From: Selaginella moellendorffii | Lineage: Eukaryota > Plantae > Lycopodiophyta | Direction of reading: 5' to 3' | NCBI RefSeq assembly: GCF_000143415.4 | Contig: NW_003314282.1 | Coordinates: 1,941,374-2,005,373, forward strand | Length of the DNA: 64,000 nucleotides | Shown: positions 22,543-34,786 of the stretch, one piece after another | How the letters are laid out: every line of letters begins with the position of its first letter | Numbering within the stretch: the stretch's first letter is position 1 | Position numbers and translations under genes: made by a program | Notes under the pieces: generated by a model | Seen by the model: the letters and a program-made list of their open reading frames with translations, nothing else | Told to the model about the DNA's origin: nothing | The model's database searches: none

Positions 22543-24290
22543 ATGGCGGTCGGAGCTCCACCGTTCGTCTATGCCGGTAATGTCTCCTGCGCGCTCCTCG
22601 GCCGCTGTAGATTCCAGAGAAATCACGGCGCTAGGGCGATGGTGGAACAGCCTGATGCCGCTCCAGAGGAGAAGAAGCCCAGGAAGAAGAATGCGGCCAA
22701 GAAATTGGCTTCCGAGGGCTCTGGGGCTCCCCGCCGGAAGAAATCTTCATCTTCTTCTTCCGAGGTGGCAAGCAGTAGCGTTTCCCGGAGAAGAAATCCT
22801 CTCACAGGTAGTGGTAACGGACAGGATGAGGATTCTTTGATCCAAGAAGGCAAAGAAGATAGATTTCTATCTAGCAGTGGAGCTGTGGAGGTGGAGGTGG
22901 AAGCAGCAGAGTTTGAAGATCCAGAAGAGGTGGAGAAGAGGAAAAGTTTCTTCCGGAACCCAGCGCGAAGGCTATGGAAGAAACAGTTTCCATGGCTGGG
23001 AAGGGAGTTCGAGGAGACTTTCGTGAAGCCTAGGAACGAACCAAATCCTCTGGTTTGCTGCTTTGGCGAGGCGTACAAGGACTTCATTCCTTCCGTCCGG
23101 GTGTGCGTAAAGCAGATGGACGAAGATGCCTACTCTACGTGGAAAGGCTTGCAGTGGATGCCTCCGGAGTTCGCACGAAGCCCAGGGACATCGCCTGCCA
23201 ATGTTGCTATCTCGATTGCTCGTCTCGCTGGGAAGGCAGCCTTCATTGGCAAACTTGGCAATGACGATCTCGGCAAGGAGCTTCTCGAGACTCTACGAGA
23301 AAACAAAGTCGAAACCAAGGGCGTGATAGTCGACCAGCTACGTTCCTCGTCTCTGTCAAGGTGGAAGATTGAACGGCTTGGGAAGCGCAAACTATCCATG
23401 CAATGCCTACGCGAGAGCGCTGAAAACAACCTTGACATGTCCGAGGTTAACATGGACATTCTCAAGGAGGTAAGACATTTGCTTTTGTTCTAGGTGTGAG
23501 ACTCATGTTTTTTCTTGTCTCTCAGGCGAAACTTTTCCATTTCTCATCGATCAGCTTGACAACGGAAAAAATGTGCTCGACACTCATGTCCGCTATCGAT
23601 GCTGCCCGAGGCTTTGGCTCGCTCATATTCTTTGATGTGAACTTCCCTCTTCCATTCTGGATATCACGAGACGCGACGTGGGAAGCTATCGAGAAGGCGT
23701 GGACGAGCTCGGACATTATCAAAATCAACAAGGTGGAGCTTGAGTTCCTGATTGAAGACGAAGGCTTAGCGATGAGGCTTCTTGCTAAGGACTCCATAGC
23801 TTCATCATGGGAAGAATTTCAGGCCCGGAAAAATCAGCGGTTTGAGTACCACTACACCCTTGAGCAGATTGCTCCGATATGGCGTGACAACATCAAAATT
23901 CTCTTCGTCACGGATGGTACGTACAGGATTCATTACTATACTCCAAAGTTTCACGGCGACGTTGTTGGCACGGAAGATGTGATTGTCTCTGCTTTCAGCT
24001 GCGACAGAACAGGGTCTGGTGACACCATCTCTGCCGGTAAGTTATCCGCTCGATGTGTTTGTATAGTTTTTATACTAACTACCATCGTGTTTTCCATTTC
24101 AGCGATTATCAGAAAGCTGGTGGCCCAGCCTGATATTTTCGAAGATCAGGACCGGCTTGAGAGGGCCTTGAGGTTCGTAGTTGCTGCGGGAGTTATATCT
24201 CAGTGGACTATCGGAGCTGTCCGAGGCCTTCCGACTGAAAGTGCAGCACAGAATCTCACAGAGCAGATGTTTCCGCTCACCCAGATTTAG
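22543..24290 (+). CDS. FLN1: Fructokinase-like protein FLN1-type (plastid PEP-associated, pfkB fold), 3 exons
   Basis: Transit-peptide-like N-terminus; PLVCCFG, LQWMPPEFARSPG, FFDVNFPLPFW, LFVTDGT.RIHYY, CDRTGSGD, QWTIGAVRGLPTESA. Introns at about 23470-23526 and 24038-24102. Confidence 0.85.
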
Positions 24291-24303
24291 GACCATCGCC
24301 GGC

Positions 24304-25548
24304 TCACGTGTGCAGCAGCAAAGGTCGCAGCCAAGCCTCCACCCGTATCATGTCCGGTCTCTGCATGGGATCTCTCTGAATACACTTGAGAGCTGTCTGC
24401 TGGATCGTTCGTGCCTGACTCCCGTTGTACGACTTCTCCAACTTGGGATCCATAAATCGTTTCAGCTTTTGCTTCAGCAAGGCCACGGGATTCAATGCCG
24501 CGACGTCCGTTTGTCCGGAGAGCAGCACGCAGAGTACAACTCCGAAGCTATACACTTCGCTTTTGGTCGTCAAGGCCCCTCCAGAGGACACTTCTGGTGC
24601 AGCATAGCCTCGAGTATTTGTGATCATCTCGTCGGGGCGGAAAATCGGCATGGAAGTGAGCTTCACAAATCCGGTGTCCGCAATATAGGGGGTGCATGTC
24701 GGGGGTGAATCGTCAGTGGCTTCTTCCAGCAGGAGATGGACGTTTTCGGACCGGATATTCCCATGGAGAACCGCCGTCACCACGCTGCTTGCTGGCCCAT
24801 TACTCGTCGCCGCTGCTTCTCTCGAGTAGTGAAGCCTGGATAGGCCTCTCGCAACCAAGGCGGCAACTCGGCAGCGACAGCTCCAACTCAGGCTGGAATT
24901 TCTGAGCACGTCAGTGAGGCTCCTCAACTTCGGCATGAACAGTAGCAGATATGAGTGAGTGAGGCTGAAGCCCAGGAGCGGCAGGACGTTGCATCTCCGA
25001 AGAGATCCAAGGTTGACAGTTTCCTGCCGGATTTCCGCGGATTCTAGGTGTGTAAGCAGGTCAACGGCCTTGGTGAGCTCCAGTTTCCGTATCGACACCT
25101 CCTGCATACTGTCGGGGCCAAGCCGCAAGCAGCCATGGAAGCTCACTCTACCGGGCTCCTGGAGCTCGAGGAGATTCACAGCGACGTCCTCCATTGCGAA
25201 CTCCTGGAATTGGAACCACCATAGCTGTTGCTGCGCCTGGATCTCCAGCTCAAGAGCGGCGGCCGCGTCTTCTTCGTCGTCAGACTGACCGGGACTACCG
25301 CGTCTGGTAGTAAGTCGAGAAAGGAACAAACTTACCAGGACTGGTGGCACCAAGATTATGGATCCCAGTATGCTCACCGAAGCTGCCAGGTTCTTTGCGC
25401 CGCTGTGAGCAATTGTGGTCATGGCTACTGCGAAGGCTGCCACAAAGGAGACGAAGCAAGTTGCTATCATAGCCGCATCCTTGAGCCTGGTGGTGTTGCT
25501 GCTGCTGGTACTCGTGCTGCTACCTCGCCTGACGCAACACCAGGGCAT
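24304..25548 (-). CDS. Intronless receptor-like pseudokinase with two N-terminal TM segments
   Basis: Two hydrophobic stretches precede an RLK-type kinase (NVLPLLGF, RGYAAPE, LTTKSEVYSFGVVL, RPDM). It lacks the Gly loop and has HGN for HRD and DTG for DFG. Confidence 0.75.
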   Translation of the reverse strand: MPWCCVRRGSSTSTSSSNTTRLKDAAMIATCFVSFVAAFAVAMTTIAHSGAKNLAASVSILGSIILVPPVLVSLFLSRLTTRRGSPGQSDDEEDAAAALELEIQAQQQLWWFQFQEFAMEDVAVNLLELQEPGRVSFHGCLRLGPDSMQEVSIRKLELTKAVDLLTHLESAEIRQETVNLGSLRRCNVLPLLGFSLTHSYLLLFMPKLRSLTDVLRNSSLSWSCRCRVAALVARGLSRLHYSREAAATSNGPASSVVTAVLHGNIRSENVHLLLEEATDDSPPTCTPYIADTGFVKLTSMPIFRPDEMITNTRGYAAPEVSSGGALTTKSEVYSFGVVLCVLLSGQTDVAALNPVALLKQKLKRFMDPKLEKSYNGSQARTIQQTALKCIQRDPMQRPDMIRVEAWLRPLLLHT

Positions 25549-27822
25549 CCTTGATGGCAAAAGTGGTGAATTATTACCATATGATCCAGCTGCGCTTCTT
25601 CCTCAACTTGGAACCGGATGACTGCACACCCCCTTGCTCAGAGCTCTTCAAGAACAAGGGAATGAGGAGCTTTTGCAGCACGAAAAGCAGCCGCAGCAGT
25701 AGCAGCAGCAACAGCAGCGGTTGTGGCGAGCAGCAGGGAATTATGTGCAGATTGAGACATGAAAACAAACGCTGGTGACTTTCCTTGGGGAAGGGAAAAC
25801 GATTTGTGGGGGAGCAGAGGGTATCTACGAGCTACAAAACAACTTGAATCAGTCAATCTGATAAGAGGTCGGCACACGGAAAATAAGAGGTTTTGGGGAA
25901 AGCAGGCAGGAAAGAAAAAGAGGCGCTCAGAAAGGACTGACTTTAGAGGACATCTATGCAATGCGGGGGCCAAGAATATGGTAATGCACGCAACACTGTT
26001 GAGCCTCACTCGGCCTTTTCCGTGTTGCTGGAGCGCGACCTCTTCTCTGGAAGAATCTCAAGCATTTCCAAGGTACGCTTTTTCTTTTGCCATTTGTCGG
26101 CGGTAAGCGCGAGGTTAACCAGTTTTCTTGGTTTCTTTTCCATTCGCTAGAGTTAGTCAGCTGCTCTCAAGTTTTTAAACTTCGTATCCTGCTTCTAACT
26201 CTTTCGCTATTCCTGCGCAGCTTGGTCAAAAGGCGCAAAGGTGGCAGGCATAAACTCCTCACGATCGATTATCCTGGCTCCACGTTCGCCGATTGCGACA
26301 TGCCACCATTCTGCGCTTTGCGGTTGCGTTTGCGATTGCTGATGCAAACAAACAAAATACCGTAAGTTATAAGTTCCCAGACGTAACTTTGGTGGCCTGC
26401 GAACTAACTTATCTGCTTTTGTCTCGTCAGCTGATGAAGCGCTATATGCCTATGGCTTGCGCTGTTGTCAATATCGCACACCAACGCAGAGGTGTGGAGG
26501 CTCGAGGTTTGAAATCTTCGTCACTGTTCAAGCGATGGGGGCCGATGTGGAAAATCTCAAACCTCGATCTTCCGCGCCCCATTGTACAAAGACTTCGGTT
26601 AGCTACGGTAAGAGATTTTGAGTCCTCGAGATCGTGTCATTGGCTTTTTTTTTTTCCAGATTCTTTGCGAGAAAAAAAAAAGAGAAGAAAGTCGTATGTA
26701 AAGCGGGACACACATGTACCCGAGAAGGAACGGATGAGTACGTCCTCGCCTTCTGAATTGGAGGTGAGCTGTTCACCGCTTATAGAAAAATCATAATCGA
26801 AGTCAAGATATATAATCTGGGCTACAGGGAAGATTTTTGTTCTTGTCATCGTCCGTCGAGACACGCTCGTGGAAAAAAATTAACAGAACAGGGCCGACGT
26901 GGCGGCTACGTCATGGTACGGAGAAACGCATCTTAGCCGTTGGCATCCTACGGCGTCGATCACGCCGTACCACAGATTTGAATGGAGAGGGGGATATTCG
27001 CCTCTATCATCCCTGTCCCATGGATGCGAATGGGAATTTGGAATGTCTTACAAATGGGAAGCTCGATTGTGTGATTTTGGAGGAAGAATCCATCGCATTT
27101 TATCAGCGCTCATCGATTCGAGGCCGAGAGAGAGAGAGAGTGGGAGCGCCCTTTTTTGGCATGGAGCTAATAAATCGCAGCGTAGCGATAATTTTGTTAA
27201 TTCCTGCTGTTTCGAGCCAGCGGACTGACACAACACACGCTCTCCTTTTACTGCTGCTGCTCTGCCCCTTCCAACAAGAAACAAAAATTCGCAGGCAGCA
27301 GCAACAAAAGTGAGAGATGAAAAAGGAGAAAAAAAGCAAAGCAAAGCATTCGAAAGAGCATGAGAAGCCCGAGAGAGCTCTCACTCTTTTCCCTTTTCCA
27401 TTCCCTGTCTCGCTCGCTCGCCCAAGCGCAATTCGACTACGAAGATCGGGGAAGAATCACCGAATTTGGTGCGGGAATTTGAGTAAGCATTTAGCTGTAG
27501 GCTAGGCAGCCGCTCCAATCCCGATAGAAAACAGGGGAGCTCGATTCTCGAAACTCGAGCTCCAATTCCGATGGATTCGAGGGTCGCAGAGATGAGGGTA
27601 GGAATGCCGCTAGGCCCAACTGGTTGATTTGAGAGGATTTGGATGGAATCCCAGCGTTTGGGCCAAAACAAGAAGCTGGCAAGAACAGCACCTCAAATTG
27701 ATCGAGGCTAGCTAGATTCAGAAAAATGCGGCATGGTGGTTGATGCGTGCCAGTGGAATCATTAATTCCCATCCAGAAGGTTAGATAGATTTAGATCCAG
27801 CAGTGGATCGGGTGGAAAGAAA

Positions 27823-28641
27823 ATGGGATCCTCTTTGGGTGCTCTTGGGATCGGGCTGAGTGTAGTTTTCGTGGGATTCGTGCTCGTTTTGGTCGGCGAG
27901 CTCTACTATCTGGTTTGCTGGAAGAAGAGGAAGAATGTAGCTCACAGGATCATGGATAGGAGCAGCAATCAGCAGCAGGAAACATCGCTTCTCGAGGCAC
28001 ACAGCCAAGAACAGCGGGATCATCCACAAGAGCTGAATGAGCTCGATCGCCCTGACGAGGAACTGGAGCTGCGAGAGGTGAGCGTGATCGCCAATCGCCA
28101 CCAATCCTTCCCGGGCGAGCTCGCGTCCACCAAGCTCTTCCCCGCCGTCGGCGACTACCTCATGGGTCCTCCTCGCTTCCTCTTCACAATCCGCGAGGAG
28201 ACCAAGGAGGAGATCGAATCCGAGACGGTGACGATGCGATCCAGCCGCAATGCATCCTTGGATTTCGCCCTCATCCAGGGATTGGAGCAGCAGCAGCCAC
28301 CGGGGACGCCATCGCCCATCGCCACACCCTTCGTGACACCGCCCTCGTCGCCATCGCTCTTCTCCACGCCGCCCGCCACGCCATCGCCGACGCCATCGCC
28401 GGGCATCAAAGCCCTAGCGCGAGAACCGCCAATGCACTGCACGATCTTCATCCCCTCGCCCCAGGGCAACAAGCTGAGCCGCCGGCTGCACGCCACGTCA
28501 CCTGCCACGTCGGCGTCGCGGACGACCATGATGATGCTGCTGCTCAACACTTCGCCACCCGGTACGCCGCCGGCGACACCGCCCGGCTCCGCGGTGTACC
28601 GCACGCCACCCACACACCTGTACTCCCCGCGATTCTTCTAG
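27823..28641 (+). CDS. Single-pass membrane, Pro/Ser/Thr-rich plant protein
   Basis: N-terminal TM GIGLSVVFVGFVLVLVGELYYLVCWKKRK. Conserved-looking GPPRFLFTIREETKEE and TPFVTPPSSP motifs. 272-aa intronless ORF. Confidence 0.75.
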   Translation: MGSSLGALGIGLSVVFVGFVLVLVGELYYLVCWKKRKNVAHRIMDRSSNQQQETSLLEAHSQEQRDHPQELNELDRPDEELELREVSVIANRHQSFPGELASTKLFPAVGDYLMGPPRFLFTIREETKEEIESETVTMRSSRNASLDFALIQGLEQQQPPGTPSPIATPFVTPPSSPSLFSTPPATPSPTPSPGIKALAREPPMHCTIFIPSPQGNKLSRRLHATSPATSASRTTMMMLLLNTSPPGTPPATPPGSAVYRTPPTHLYSPRFF

Positions 28642-28755
28642 CGTCCACCTTTGCCCTAATTAGGGTAGTGTACAGCTGGCTTTATCCCGATAACGTGATC
28701 CACGTGTTCTAGGAATTCTATCCCTTCCAGTGGCTGCTCTATTGATCGCGCAGCT

Positions 28756-30469
28756 ATGGCGATGTGCGTGTGGCGGCCTCTTAGGTTAGAATATTGCGCC
28801 TCCTCCTCCTCCTCCTCCTCCTCGTTCAAGCTCCAGCGCCTGGATCCGGCTGGCTGTGCCGATGGATCGCAGCAGCTCAGGGCAGTGCCGCGGAAGAAAT
28901 GTAGGTTATCGATGCAATGCCGAGCGCAATGCGGTCCTGGCGAGGTGAGTAACGATCCATCGTTGTCAATCGCATTCTCATTTCGTTCTTTCTCTCGAAT
29001 GACAGGGAGATGGCGATGGATTGTTGATGAAAGCTTTCCAAAAGTATGCCGTGTGTGTGGCACTGGCTGCTACGTTTGCGCTGCCCTTGAGGCCTCAGGA
29101 GGTCCATGCCTTTGTGAGAGGTCCTGCCGTGTCGGATGTGGCCGCTCTCATATCGGGTCCTCCGATCAAGGATCCTTCGGCGCTTTTGAGGTATGGACTG
29201 CCGATCGATAACAAGCCGATCAGGGAGGTCCAAAGATCTCTCGAGGACATAACCGAGAACTTGAAAGTTCCTGGGCCGAGAGCTCTTGACAGCGTTGGAA
29301 AGGTTTGTTTTTTGTTTCTCATTCTGTTTGCGTTCTAATGAGAATTCTGTGTGGCATAGAATGTCAGGCAAGCTGCTCGCGTCTTGAGCCAGAGCAAAGA
29401 GAAAATTCTTGCGGATGTTGCCGAAGCGAAGAAGAGCCATGCTGAGGGGCTACTAAGTTCTCTTGTCACGGGGCTCCAGGACTTTCAGACCGTGACAGAC
29501 AAGGAGAGTGTGGCACCAAAGCAAACGGAACTTCTCAACATTGTCGGAAAGTAAGTGTCTGGCTGCGTGATATTGTTAGTGTCTCATGAGGAATACTTCT
29601 GGTATTGAATGCAGCTGGCGTTGGATTTCTGCAGTGTAGAGGAGGACATGGTGGCACAGTTTCCGTTTGAGGTCCCGGAGGAGTATGCCAGCAGACCACT
29701 CCTGAAGGGAAGAGCTACAGTGGAGATGAAAGTTAACGTGAAGGACAATCCCAACGTACAAAGTGTGGTGTTCCGGATAGTTGCCGATGGATACAACGCG
29801 CCGGTAACAGCGGGAAACTTCCTTGACTTGGTCGAGAGGCATTTCTACGATGGAATGGAAATCCAGCGAGGTATGACGTGATTGATCTTTTAAAAAGCAT
29901 TGACTTCACTCCTTGTTTATTGTAGCGGATGGATTTGTTGTCCAGACGGGAGATCCTGCCGGACCAGCTGAAGGTTTTGTCGACCCAGGCACGGGAAAAG
30001 TAAGAACCATTCCTTTGGAAATTATGGTCGACGGAGACAAGGCTCCAATCTACGGAGCCACACTGGAGGTACACTTGCTGTTATTTTCAATGCCTTTAGC
30101 ACCACTGTTTGTGTGTTTCTAGGAACTTGGGCGATACAAAGCCAAAACAAAGCTGCCATTCAACGCGTTTGGCACGCTAGCCATGGCTCGCGACGTAAGA
30201 AAAACGGCCTCTTTATGTCTATTGAAGATTTTCTTTGTTTGCAGGAGTTTGAGAACGACTCGGCTTCCAGCCAGATATTTTGGCTATTGAAAGAAAGCGA
30301 GCTCACTCCGAGCAATGCCAACATACTAGACGGCCGCTACTCGGTCTTCGGCTACGTTGTCCAAAACCAAGAATATCTTGCAGACCTCAAAGTCGGTGAT
30401 ACAATCGAATCTATGAGAGTGACTTCCGGCATAGAGAACCTGGTGAATCCAAGCTACAAAGCCTTGTAA
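28756..30469 (+). CDS. CYP38: Thylakoid lumen cyclophilin CYP38/TLP40
   Basis: [89 protein letters not shown]. Confidence 0.92.
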
Positions 30470-30592
30470 ACATGTAAGCTTTTCTTCATCGATCTCAAGC
30501 CAGCAGCTTCTTCTTGTCTGTGTTTTTCGCTTCCAGACCTCTCTCAAACTTGGGGGACTTCAAAAAATAATCTTTTGCGAGCTTGAGCGAAG

Positions 30593-33500
30593 CTAATTGT
30601 TGTCTACCTCTGGGTCAACCCAGCGGCCGTGATCCTTGATGAGTTGAATAAGAGCATCGGTTGCTTGATCCTTGGCAATACCACGCTTGACAACTTGCTG
30701 TAAAGAACGATGATTTAAACCAATGCTCCCACTATCCCTGGAGAAAATCACGTACCTTTCCTACGTATAAGTCAATCTTTCCAGGAGCACCTCCTACATA
30801 GCCGAAATCAGCGTCGGCCATCTCTCCAGGACCATTTACGATGCATCCCATGATCGCAATCTACAGCAAGAAAAGATTGTTATATCATCGACAAGGAGTG
30901 TGTGTGACTTACTGAAACTCCGGGTAAATGCGAAGTTTTCTCACGGATCTCTGCGCTCACGTCTTGAAGATCAAACAGAGTTCTTCCACAAGATGGACAG
31001 GACACATATTCCTGGAGGAGATGAAAGATATGAGAAAAACCAGGACTTCAAGCTCATACTTACAGTTTTTGTGTTCCTCATTCGGCAGCCTTGAAGAAGT
31101 CCAAACGAAGTAGAACGAACAAAGTCAAAGTCTTGGTCGGCTGCATCCAGGAGTATTCCATCGCCCAGACCATCCACTAGCAAAGCTCCTGCTTCGCTTC
31201 CAGCCTTGATCACGAAATCATCCCTGAGAAAAAAGAATGCCATTAGGAATAAGGAAACAATAAAGAAAGAAACTTGTGTCGTACCTGCGAAGGCCTTGCT
31301 TGAATTCCAAGTTGTGGATAACTGGAAAGCTTAGAGAATTCGACTGGAGATACTCAAGCAACCTGCAAAAGGGCTTTCACGTTAAGAAGAAGTTTAGTGC
31401 CGACTTGAAAATAAACCTTCGTGCGTTGTGGACATGGCTGACTGTCTCTTCATGTGGCGAGTTAAGTAGCAGCATTACCGCATCCACCGTTTTGAGCAGC
31501 TCCAGCAATTCCGATGGCTCATTTCCATGCACAATCACAGCAATACGGCTTCCTGAGCGAAAAAAAGAAACTTCATCAAAGAAAGAAAACAAACCAAAGG
31601 AAAACAAACCTTGAGGAAGCTGGTTGTGAGCACCGGACGCAAGTTCTTCGAGTGTGACGAGAGCTATGGCGTGAGGAAGTGGTCTTTCAAGCTGCTGTGA
31701 CAATGGAGTCAGTATTCCCATGCTTATGTCCACCAGTCTTTTGAGTGTAAGCCTCTGCAAAGATCAAGTTAGCGGTCACTGGCTGCAAGCTCAAAAACTT
31801 TTACGAACCGATGCCTTGTCGTCTAAAGCTGGAAGCTCCTTGAGCAGGATCGAATCAACAGTAGCAACGTCCTGTTTTGATCAATAACTTTCAGCGAGAA
31901 ACTCCACATGAATAGCAAGTAATCCAGTACCTTGTAAGGCATTCCTATGATAAGTTTCGTTGCGAGAGACCTGTAAAACTGCTCCGCATTCTGCCAAGAC
32001 GATTGATATTGTGTCAGATAGAGCATAGAAAGTAAAGATTTTATATCAAACCTTGAGTTGATCCAGAGACACGGACATGAGAACAGATCCATCGCGATGC
32101 AACACGCCACGGTAGTCGACACTTTCTCCCTAAAGAGAGCCATCAAAACGTAGAACAATAAATACATAAGCTTGAATAGACCAACCTCCTTTTGAAGCGG
32201 TAGCTGTCCACTTCTTCTCTGGAAATCAAAGTAGCGACGATGTTTCTCCTCGAATTGCTCCTGGAAAATGGAGTTGAGAAGCAAAGTAGCAACAAGGAAA
32301 AGCTTCGTACTGGTGCTCCGAGTTGCAAAGACGATGCACGCATTCCCAGATTTGCAAGCCTTGTGCAGGGATCGATTTCTTCTTCCGGTGGCTCCGTGAG
32401 CGAGACACGAATAGTGTCACCAAGCCCGTCTTGTAGAAGAGCTCCAATTCCAATCGCGGATTTCATGCGGCCGTCTTCACCCTCGCCAGCTTCAGTGACT
32501 CCCAAGTGCAGTGGATAGTTCCATCCGTTTACGTACATTTCAGCCACCAGCAAACGATACGCTTGAACCATCACCACCGGATTGCTTGCTTTCATCGAGA
32601 AGAGGAAGTTGTGAAAGTCGAGCTTTCGACAAATCCGTGCAAACTCAAACGCTGATTCCACCTACAATGCAAACGAAGAGAAGATCAGTTATGAGAAAAG
32701 AAAAAGAAACTGAAGAATTACCATTCCTCTTGGTGAGTCGCCGTAGTAGCTCATGGTGCGGTCGGACAAGCTGCCGTGGTTCGTGCCAATTCTTATCGCT
32801 CGGCCATACTTCTTGCATTTCTCGACGAGAGGAGTAAAAACCTGCGGTCGGTTTTTACATAGCGATGTAAATTTCAATCGACAAGAACATATATGATTCA
32901 CATACTGCTTCGATGTGTTCTAGCTCTTTCTGGTAATCGTCTTCCGTGTACTCAAGCGTCTCAAACTGTGCTCTTCGATCGGCTGGAAGATCGTCAAATG
33001 GTCATAAAGCCTTGTGTACACTCAAACAAGAAACTCACCAAAGTTTCCGGGGTTGATGCGGATTTTATCGAAGCATTCGGCAACTCTGAGCGCAACCGAT
33101 GGAGCAAAATGGATATCTGCAACCAAGGGAATAGAATATCTGCAAAGAAAAACAAAGATCATCACCAAAAACCGAACGAGCTAGAGAATCGGAAGTAAGT
33201 TTTCATACCCTTTCTTGACAAGAGTGTTTTTAATCTCGTAGCAACAGTCTGCTTCCTTTTTCCCTTGCACAGTGATTCTCACAATATCTGCGCCTCTATC
33301 AGCTATCTTCATAACCTGGATGAAAGAAAGATGTGAAAAGCTCGAAACTTTCTTTTTGTTCTTTACCTGATCAACAGTTCCTAGAACATCTTTGGTATCA
33401 GTAGTGGTCATCGTTTGGACGCGAATTGGATGCTCGCTACCAACAGCGACGTTTCCAACCATCACAGTGCTAGTTTGTCGACGGATCGTTTTATGGACGG

Positions 33501-33875
33501 ACTCACAGTACTTTTGCCTCGGCACTGAACGAAATAATCCATCCAAAACAGTCAGGAAAGAAAAGAAAGAAAAGAAGAAGAAGAAGAAGAAGAAGAAGAA
33601 GGAGAATGCTAGCTAGCTTGTTCTTTGTTCTAACTTTCAGCTAGAATCTTAATCTCACCTAGAAGAGGACTGTTCTGCGATGCCGGCTCCATCTCCACGA
33701 CATCCTGAGCCATGCTCCGGGTGGTAATCCGACCTCGCCTTCTCAATCGGGCAGCGCTACCTCCCACTTTTGTGGGCGATGGCTTGAGGCAGCTGGGAGC
33801 CGATTCCATGCTCTTGAGGCCGCTCAGAGACGCTGGGATCGTGGTGGCCTGCCCCATTGCAGCTGTGGACGCCAT
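30593..33875 (-). CDS. HDS: 4-hydroxy-3-methylbut-2-enyl diphosphate synthase (MEP pathway), multi-exon
   Basis: [106 protein letters not shown]. Confidence 0.95.
33569..33601. repeat. (AAG)n microsatellite in the first HDS intron
   Basis: About 10 AAG units seen directly. Confidence 0.85.
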
Positions 33876-34786
33876 ATCCCCGCCAATTCGCCCCAATGCG
33901 AGCTCGGATTCGATGAGCGCTAACGACCCAAATGCTCACGGGATGGATTGATCGATGGAAGTGATGAATATCAATACCCCTTTCGCTCGCTCTCACCTCC
34001 CAGCATTTGTGTCAACAGTTTGGGTTTAATTTGACTAACAAAAGGAGACCGTCGGATACCCGCCCCGCTCCAAACGGTCAAGATGCGCCAAATCGGTTTA
34101 TCTACATCTCCGCCGTTGGCAGTCTCGGGACAGCGGCTCAGATGGCACGGGAATCAAAGGCTTGCATGGTCGTCGAGTTCTCGTATTTGTCGTCTTCGAA
34201 TGGTTGTTACCGAGAAGAAAATTTCGTTGGCACAAAAGAATTGATCAAACTAAAGAGAACACATCAACGAAATTCTTCGAGCACCGAGGAAGCATCGAAG
34301 ACACCACTATATGCTGGTGGTGAAAGAATAGGAGACAAGGATTGCTCGAATCACCAGTGAGACAATCTTTCGCTTGCTCCAATCCCCCGGAACCCAAGAG
34401 TGTAAGATCAAGAAAGCCTTACACAAGTTAATAGCTAACCAAAATAATCTTTCGAGACACATCCAGTGATTCACCTGTATAAAAGAAACTCCCAGTTTGT
34501 GATCTTCACTCTGGCATCTAGAATGAAAGAAACAAGACTCATCAGCTTTTTAAGTTTGAAGGAAAAGGGAACGTAAAGAATAAATTGAATCTGCTTATTG
34601 TGAATGATACATTTACCGGTTTGCAAACTTCGCTGGAGGGACAAGGCGCCGTTTGGTGTCTCTCCAGCTATAAGCTAAAAAGTAGCAAGGTGTTGAGCAG
34701 ACGAGATAGACGATCATCAAAGTGCCGATCATTGTACATTTCCTAAGCTTGTAGACGTTGTAGCAGTAGTGGTACACGGAGTGCTT

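Noticed and set aside
22500-33900. FLN1, CYP38 and HDS as a plastid-function gene cluster
   Set aside because: Different pathways with unrelated genes interspersed; plastid-targeted genes are common enough for chance proximity.
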